Both the position numbers and the translations under genes were made by a program. A stretch of DNA of 32,000 bases from Pseudomonas aeruginosa (GTDB lineage Bacteria; Pseudomonadota; Gammaproteobacteria; Pseudomonadales; Pseudomonadaceae), in the NCBI RefSeq assembly GCF_001457615.1, contig NZ_LN831024.1, positions 2,010,001 to 2,042,000 of the forward strand, written 5' to 3'. Each line of letters opens with the position of its first letter. Position 1 is the first letter of the stretch. Of this stretch, positions 27,828-32,000 are shown piece after piece. The notes below the pieces were generated by a model. The model saw only the letters and a list, made by a program, of their open reading frames with translations, was not told the DNA's origin and made no database searches.

Positions 27828-29584
27828 GGCGTGGCTTCCTGGCGTTGCTGCTGTTGGTACCAGAACTTGCGCCGCAGCAATTCGGCGGGATCGTCGGGAA
27901 TCTGTCGCAGCCATTGCTCGAGGGCCTGGCGACGTTCGTCGTCGAGTCCGTCGTCGGCTTCCTCGTCGCCCGTCCGCTCGTCCTCGGCGTTGGGCTGCGG
28001 CTGCGCTTGGCCGGGTGCTCCGGCGGTCTTCTCGCCTTCGTCTTCCGGCAGGCTGGTCGAGGGCGCCGCGGCCTGGGCCTTCTGCGCATCGACGGTCGCC
28101 GCGTCGCGCGGCGGCCGCTGGCTGCTTCCGGATGGCGGGCTCTGCTGGCTCGCTTCCTGGCGCTGTTCCTTGTTCTCGCCGGCCTGCTGCTGCGCCGCCT
28201 GTTCCTGGCGTTGGCGCAGCAGTTCCTCGACCAGGGCCTTGTTGCGTTGCGCGGCGACCAGTTGCGGCTGGCGCTCCAGGGCTTGTTCGTAGGCGTCGAC
28301 GGCGGCTTCCAGTTCGCCCTGGCGGGCCAGGGCGTTGCCACGGTTGTAGTGATCGTCGGCCTGGTCGCCCTGGGCGAAGGCCTGGGCCGCGGCGGCGTAG
28401 TCGCGGGCCTGGTAGAGCGACAGGCCTTTCCAGCGGAAGTCCTCGAAGCGCTTCGCCGCCTCGTCCGCCTGGCCCCGTTGCAACAGGCGCTGGCCTTGCT
28501 GGTCCGGACGCAGCCAGAGGTCTTCGAACTGGAAGGCCATGGCCGGTTGCGGCAGGCTCAGCATCAACAGCGGCAGGCAGAACAGCCAGCCGCGCCGTCC
28601 GGCACAGGCGGCCAGCAGGAGCAGCGGCAGGAGCAGCCAGTAACCCTGGTCGGCCCAGCGCTGCAGGCGCAGCAGGGCGTTCTCGCGATCTTCCTCCAGC
28701 GTGCCGCCGCGGGCCAGCAGGCCGAGGCTGTCGAGGTCGCGGTCGTTCGGCCGCAGGCGCTGGTAGCCGGCGCCGATCTCCGCGGCGAAGCGGCGCAGCC
28801 CGCTTTCGTCGAGCCTGGGCAGGAGGATGCCGCCCTGGTCGTCCTTGAGGAAGCTGCCATCCTCCTGCTGCACCGGAGCGCCCTTCGGCGTGCCGACGCC
28901 GAGCACGGCGAGGCGCGCCGCCCGGTGCTCGAGGGCGCTGCGGATGCCCTGGCGCTCGGGTTCGCTCAGCTCGCTGGTCAGCAGCAGCAGGCGGCCGCGG
29001 CCCTGGGCGCCCTGTTCCAGCAGGTCGAGGGCCTGGCGCACGGCGAGGTCGGCGCGCTGGCCGGGCTCGGGCATGATCGAAGGTTTCAGGGCGTCGAGCA
29101 GGTTGCGCGCGGTGAGCTGGTCGTCCGACAGCGGCACCAGGGTATGCGCGCTGCCGGCGTAGACGACGATTGCGGTCTGCGCGTCGTTGCGCGTGCGAAG
29201 CAGGTCGAGCAGCTTGCGCCGGGCCTGCTCCAGGCGGGTCGGCGACAGGTCGCCGGCAAGCATCCCGGGAGTCAGCTGGAGGATCGCCACCAGCGGGTCG
29301 CTACGCTTCATCGAGGGCTGTTCCAGTTGCTGCCAACTGGGCCCGAGCAAGGCCAGCAGGGCCAGCAGCCAGGCGATGCCGAGGCAGATCCAGGGCATGC
29401 GGTTCTGCCGCCCGGCGCCGCCGACCAGCAGCCAGGGCTGGAAGGCCGTCGGCAACAGCAACTGCCAGCGTCCGGCACGACGCTGGCGATGCAGCAGCTT
29501 CCACAGCAACCAGCCAAGCAGCGGCGCCAGCAGCAGCCAGTAGGGGCGCAGCCAGTGCGGCCAGGCGTCCAGCAACAGGTTCAT
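27824..29584 (-). CDS. BatB/BatC-like fusion: TM + von Willebrand A domain + TM + TPR + acidic Q/E-rich tail (586 aa)
   Basis: N-terminal TMs, VWA-like block DPLVAILQLTPGM…TAIVVYAGSAH…RLLLLTSE, TPR-like YNRGNALARQGELEAAVDAYEQALERQP. ATG overlaps the batA-like stop (ATGA at 29581-84). Confidence 0.82.
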   Translation of the reverse strand: MNLLLDAWPHWLRPYWLLLAPLLGWLLWKLLHRQRRAGRWQLLLPTAFQPWLLVGGAGRQNRMPWICLGIAWLLALLALLGPSWQQLEQPSMKRSDPLVAILQLTPGMLAGDLSPTRLEQARRKLLDLLRTRNDAQTAIVVYAGSAHTLVPLSDDQLTARNLLDALKPSIMPEPGQRADLAVRQALDLLEQGAQGRGRLLLLTSELSEPERQGIRSALEHRAARLAVLGVGTPKGAPVQQEDGSFLKDDQGGILLPRLDESGLRRFAAEIGAGYQRLRPNDRDLDSLGLLARGGTLEEDRENALLRLQRWADQGYWLLLPLLLLAACAGRRGWLFCLPLLMLSLPQPAMAFQFEDLWLRPDQQGQRLLQRGQADEAAKRFEDFRWKGLSLYQARDYAAAAQAFAQGDQADDHYNRGNALARQGELEAAVDAYEQALERQPQLVAAQRNKALVEELLRQRQEQAAQQQAGENKEQRQEASQQSPPSGSSQRPPRDAATVDAQKAQAAAPSTSLPEDEGEKTAGAPGQAQPQPNAEDERTGDEEADDGLDDERRQALEQWLRQIPDDPAELLRRKFWYQQQQRQEATP

Positions 29585-30603
29585 GGTTGCCTCCCGGAAC
29601 GGCGGCGCGGCCAGGTCCGGTTTTCCCGTGGCCAGAGTTCCAGCGCCACCAGCAGCACACTCAGGCCGAGGGCGGCGGCCAGCGGCCAACTGTACAGCGC
29701 CAGGGCCGGGCGCGCCCGGGTAGTCTGCTGGGCGACCGGTTCGAGGCGGTCGAGGGTCGCGGAAATGCTTTCCAGCTCGGCGCTGGATCGCGCGCGGAAG
29801 TATTCGCCGCCAGTGCTCTCGGCGATACCGCGCAGGGTCGGCTCGTCGAGATCGAGCCCCGGGTTGAAGCCGAACAGGCCGGGCACGCCGCCTTGCTGCG
29901 GGTCGGCGCCGATGCCGATGGTGTAGATCTTCACCTGTTGCTCGGCGGCCAGTTGCGCGGCGATCTGCGGGGCTATCTGTCCGCCGGTGTTGGCGCCGTC
30001 GGTGATCAGCACCAGCACCCGGCTTTCCGCAGGCCGCTGGCGCAGGCGCTTGACCGCCAGGCCGATGGCGTCGCCGATCGCGGTGTTCTTGCCGGCGATG
30101 CCGATCTGTGCCTCGTCCAGCCAGACCCGCACGGTGTGCCGGTCGAAGGTCAGCGGCGCCTGCAGGTAGGCCTGGCTGCCGAACAGGATCAGGCCGACGC
30201 GGTCGCCACGACGGTCTTCGATGAAGTCGCCGAAGAGTTTCTTGATCAGTTCCAGGCGGCTGATCTCGTCTTCCTGCCAGCGCATGTCGCGGTAGTCCAT
30301 GGAGCCGGAGACATCCACCGCGAGCAGCAGGTCGCGGCCGCTGGCGGGTAGCGGCAGGGGGTCGCCGACCCACTGCGGGCGGGCCGCGGCGAGCAGCAGG
30401 AGGAACCAGAGCAGGGCGAAGCGCACCTGCTGCCGCCAGGCCGGCAGGCGTGCGCGGGCACGGCGTCCGGCGAGGCTTTCGAGTTCGTCGAGGAAGCTCA
30501 CCTTGAGCGCCGCCTCGCCGCTGTCGGCGGCCGGCAGCACCAGGCGCAGCAGCCAGGGCAACGGGGCGAAGGCGAAGACCCAGGGCCAGGCGAACTCAAA
30601 CAT
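29581..30603 (-). CDS. BatA-like membrane-anchored von Willebrand A protein (340 aa)
   Basis: N-terminal MFEFAWPWVFAFAPLPWLL, intact MIDAS LLAVDVSGSMDY, VLVLITDGANTGG, C-terminal TM ALALYSWPLAAALGLSVLLVAL. Confidence 0.88.
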   Translation of the reverse strand: MFEFAWPWVFAFAPLPWLLRLVLPAADSGEAALKVSFLDELESLAGRRARARLPAWRQQVRFALLWFLLLLAAARPQWVGDPLPLPASGRDLLLAVDVSGSMDYRDMRWQEDEISRLELIKKLFGDFIEDRRGDRVGLILFGSQAYLQAPLTFDRHTVRVWLDEAQIGIAGKNTAIGDAIGLAVKRLRQRPAESRVLVLITDGANTGGQIAPQIAAQLAAEQQVKIYTIGIGADPQQGGVPGLFGFNPGLDLDEPTLRGIAESTGGEYFRARSSAELESISATLDRLEPVAQQTTRARPALALYSWPLAAALGLSVLLVALELWPRENRTWPRRRSGRQP

Positions 30604-31090
30604 GCTTGCGAATCCAGGTGGCGACGGCGGCGTCGAGGCCGTCCACGGCCTTGTCGTCGAGGGTGCAGTCGGCGCGGTAGCCGCCTTCCACCAGGATCAT
30701 CCAGCGGGTCAGGCCGGCGGCCGGGCAACGGTTGTCGAGGAACGCCAGCCAGGCGCGGCCGCTGAGGGCGTGGCTGCCGCTATCTGGCCAGCGCGCCCTG
30801 CAGACCCGCTTGAGCAGGCCGTTGATGGCTTGCAGCCAGGGCCCGGCGGAAGCCCTGCCGTAGGGCTTGGCAAGCGCCGCCAGTTCGGCCAGGGCCGCTT
30901 CGCGCAGCGGATCCAGCGGCGCTTCGCCGCGGGTGGCGATGGTGCGCCGCGGCAGGTGCCGGCGCAGTCGCCAGAGCCCCCAGCCGAGCAACGGCAGCAG
31001 GGCGGCCAGCAGCCACCAGCCGGGCGCTGGCGGCCACCAGCCGACGGGCAGGGGAGCGATCAGCGGTTCCAGCCGGTCGAGCGGATTCAT
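30596..31090 (-). CDS. DUF4381-family small membrane protein (164 aa)
   Basis: Characteristic WWPPAPGWWLLAALLPLLGWGLWRL TM, and position between DUF58 and VWA genes. 8-nt overlap downstream and ATGA overlap upstream. Confidence 0.78.
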   Translation of the reverse strand: MNPLDRLEPLIAPLPVGWWPPAPGWWLLAALLPLLGWGLWRLRRHLPRRTIATRGEAPLDPLREAALAELAALAKPYGRASAGPWLQAINGLLKRVCRARWPDSGSHALSGRAWLAFLDNRCPAAGLTRWMILVEGGYRADCTLDDKAVDGLDAAVATWIRKHV

Positions 31091-32000
31091 GCGCGATACC
31101 CCGGCTGGTGTTGTTCCAGCAGGTCCCGCAACTGCTCCACCAGGTCTTCCTGGGTCGACAGCGGCAGCAGCGGCACGCCCAGTCGCTGGGCCAGCCGCTG
31201 CCAGCGCGCGCGGCGCGCCTCGGCCTGTTCGCGATAGGCCTGGCGCAGCTCGTCGGCGTGGGTGTCCAGTTCGAGGTCGGCGGCGCCTTCGCGGAAGCGC
31301 AGCAGTCCGGCGGCGGGAAGGGCATGGTCGAGCGGGTCGGACAGCGGCAGCAGCACCAGGTCGGTATGGCGTGCGATCAGGCTGAGTTGCTGCTCGGCGA
31401 CGTCATTGAGTGTGCGCTCGTCGCACAGTACCAGGATCAGGCTGCCCGGGCGCAGCACTTCGCGGGCGCGGCGCAGGGCCAGGCCGAACAGTTCGCCAGG
31501 CCGCTCGGCCGGCGTCTCGCGCAGCTCGCGATTGGCCCGCAATAGCTGGTTGAACAGTTGCAGCAGGCTGTGCTTGCTGCGTCGCGGCTTGATTTCGTGG
31601 CAGTCGCGGTCGCTGAATACCAGGCCGCCGATACGGTCATTGTGGGCCAGCGCCGACCAGCCGATGAAGGCCGCCGCGCGTGCCGCCAGCACTGCCTTGA
31701 AGCACAGGCCGGAGCCGAAGAACAGGCGCTGGCTCTGTTCGACCAGGACGAACACCGGTCGCTCGCGTTCCTCGTGGAACAGCTTGGTGTGCGGCTCGCG
31801 GGTGCGCGCGGTGACGCGCCAGTCGATGGTCCGTACGTCGTCGCCGGGCTGGTAGATGCGCACCTGGTCGAAGTCCACGCCGCGTCCGCGCAGGCGCGAG
31901 TGATGCAGGCCGACCAGTGGGCTGCGGCGGTTCTGCGAGGAGAACAGGCGCGCTTCGTGGAGCCGGTGGCGCATTTCCAGAAGCTCGTCGAGGCCCAGTT
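31087..32000 (-). CDS. DUF58-family protein (MoxR-operon partner), 5' end outside the window
   Basis: LRGRGVDFDQVRIYQPGDDVRTIDWRVTARTREPHTKLF signature. The frame stays open upstream of the M at 31974 (…LGLDELLEMRHRL…), matching the usual DUF58 N-terminus, so it is probably truncated by the window edge. Confidence 0.85.
   Translation of the reverse strand, partial: LGLDELLEMRHRLHEARLFSSQNRRSPLVGLHHSRLRGRGVDFDQVRIYQPGDDVRTIDWRVTARTREPHTKLFHEERERPVFVLVEQSQRLFFGSGLCFKAVLAARAAAFIGWSALAHNDRIGGLVFSDRDCHEIKPRRSKHSLLQLFNQLLRANRELRETPAERPGELFGLALRRAREVLRPGSLILVLCDERTLNDVAEQQLSLIARHTDLVLLPLSDPLDHALPAAGLLRFREGAADLELDTHADELRQAYREQAEARRARWQRLAQRLGVPLLPLSTQEDLVEQLRDLLEQHQPGYRA

Noticed and set aside
25054-28341. 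1095-aa minus-strand ORF that would fuse the hydrolase with upstream sequence
   Set aside because: Only the last 362 codons look like a protein (signal peptide, RBS, hydrolase motifs). The upstream part overlaps the BatD-like and BatB-like genes out of frame and is Arg/Pro-rich.
27824-30373. 849-aa version of the BatB/BatC-like ORF, and the 494-aa version of cprS (23029-24513)
   Set aside because: The N-terminal extensions overlap the upstream genes (batA-like, cprR) out of frame. Internal ATGs that form ATGA overlaps with the upstream stop give proteins with proper N-terminal TM segments.

Overview
GC-rich (about two-thirds G+C by eye) chromosomal segment with Pseudomonas-type codon usage. 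Gene order matches what I remember of the P. aeruginosa PAO1 PA3094-to-PA3071 region (fadH1, nadK, pepN, cprRS); this is from memory and not verified by any search. No integrase, transposase, phage gene or CRISPR array was found, so it reads as core genome. Left to right: a tRNA-Val / tRNA-Asp / tRNA-Asp cluster with a terminator; a minus-strand pair of a membrane-anchored C-N-hydrolase-fold protein and an AraC regulator, divergent from fadH; an uncharacterised coiled-coil protein; an ACC-deaminase/D-cysteine-desulfhydrase-family enzyme; DUF1853; a tightly coupled plus-strand run nadK - metallophosphoesterase - rhomboid protease, followed after an 83-nt gap by the coupled pair YeaC-like/DUF2797 and then pepN after 18 nt. 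A 446-bp structured intergenic region follows. Next comes a four-gene cluster of exported or membrane proteins (DUF1302 barrel-like, DUF1329, Asp-box beta-propeller, MMPL-like RND transporter). On the minus strand are cprS-cprR, a secreted alpha/beta hydrolase, and a MoxR/Bat-type operon (DUF58 partial, DUF4381, BatA-like VWA, BatB/BatC-like VWA+TPR, BatD-like). The best candidates for an undescribed system are the DUF1302-DUF1329-propeller-RND cluster, which has a near-consensus sigma54 promoter in front of it, and the Bat-type operon, which runs on the same strand without a canonical terminator into a secreted hydrolase and the CprRS antimicrobial-peptide sensor. Family calls rest on motif recognition in the supplied translations. 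Most start codons were chosen from RBS, signal-peptide or overlap logic; where no good RBS exists this is stated in the entry. All starts remain provisional.
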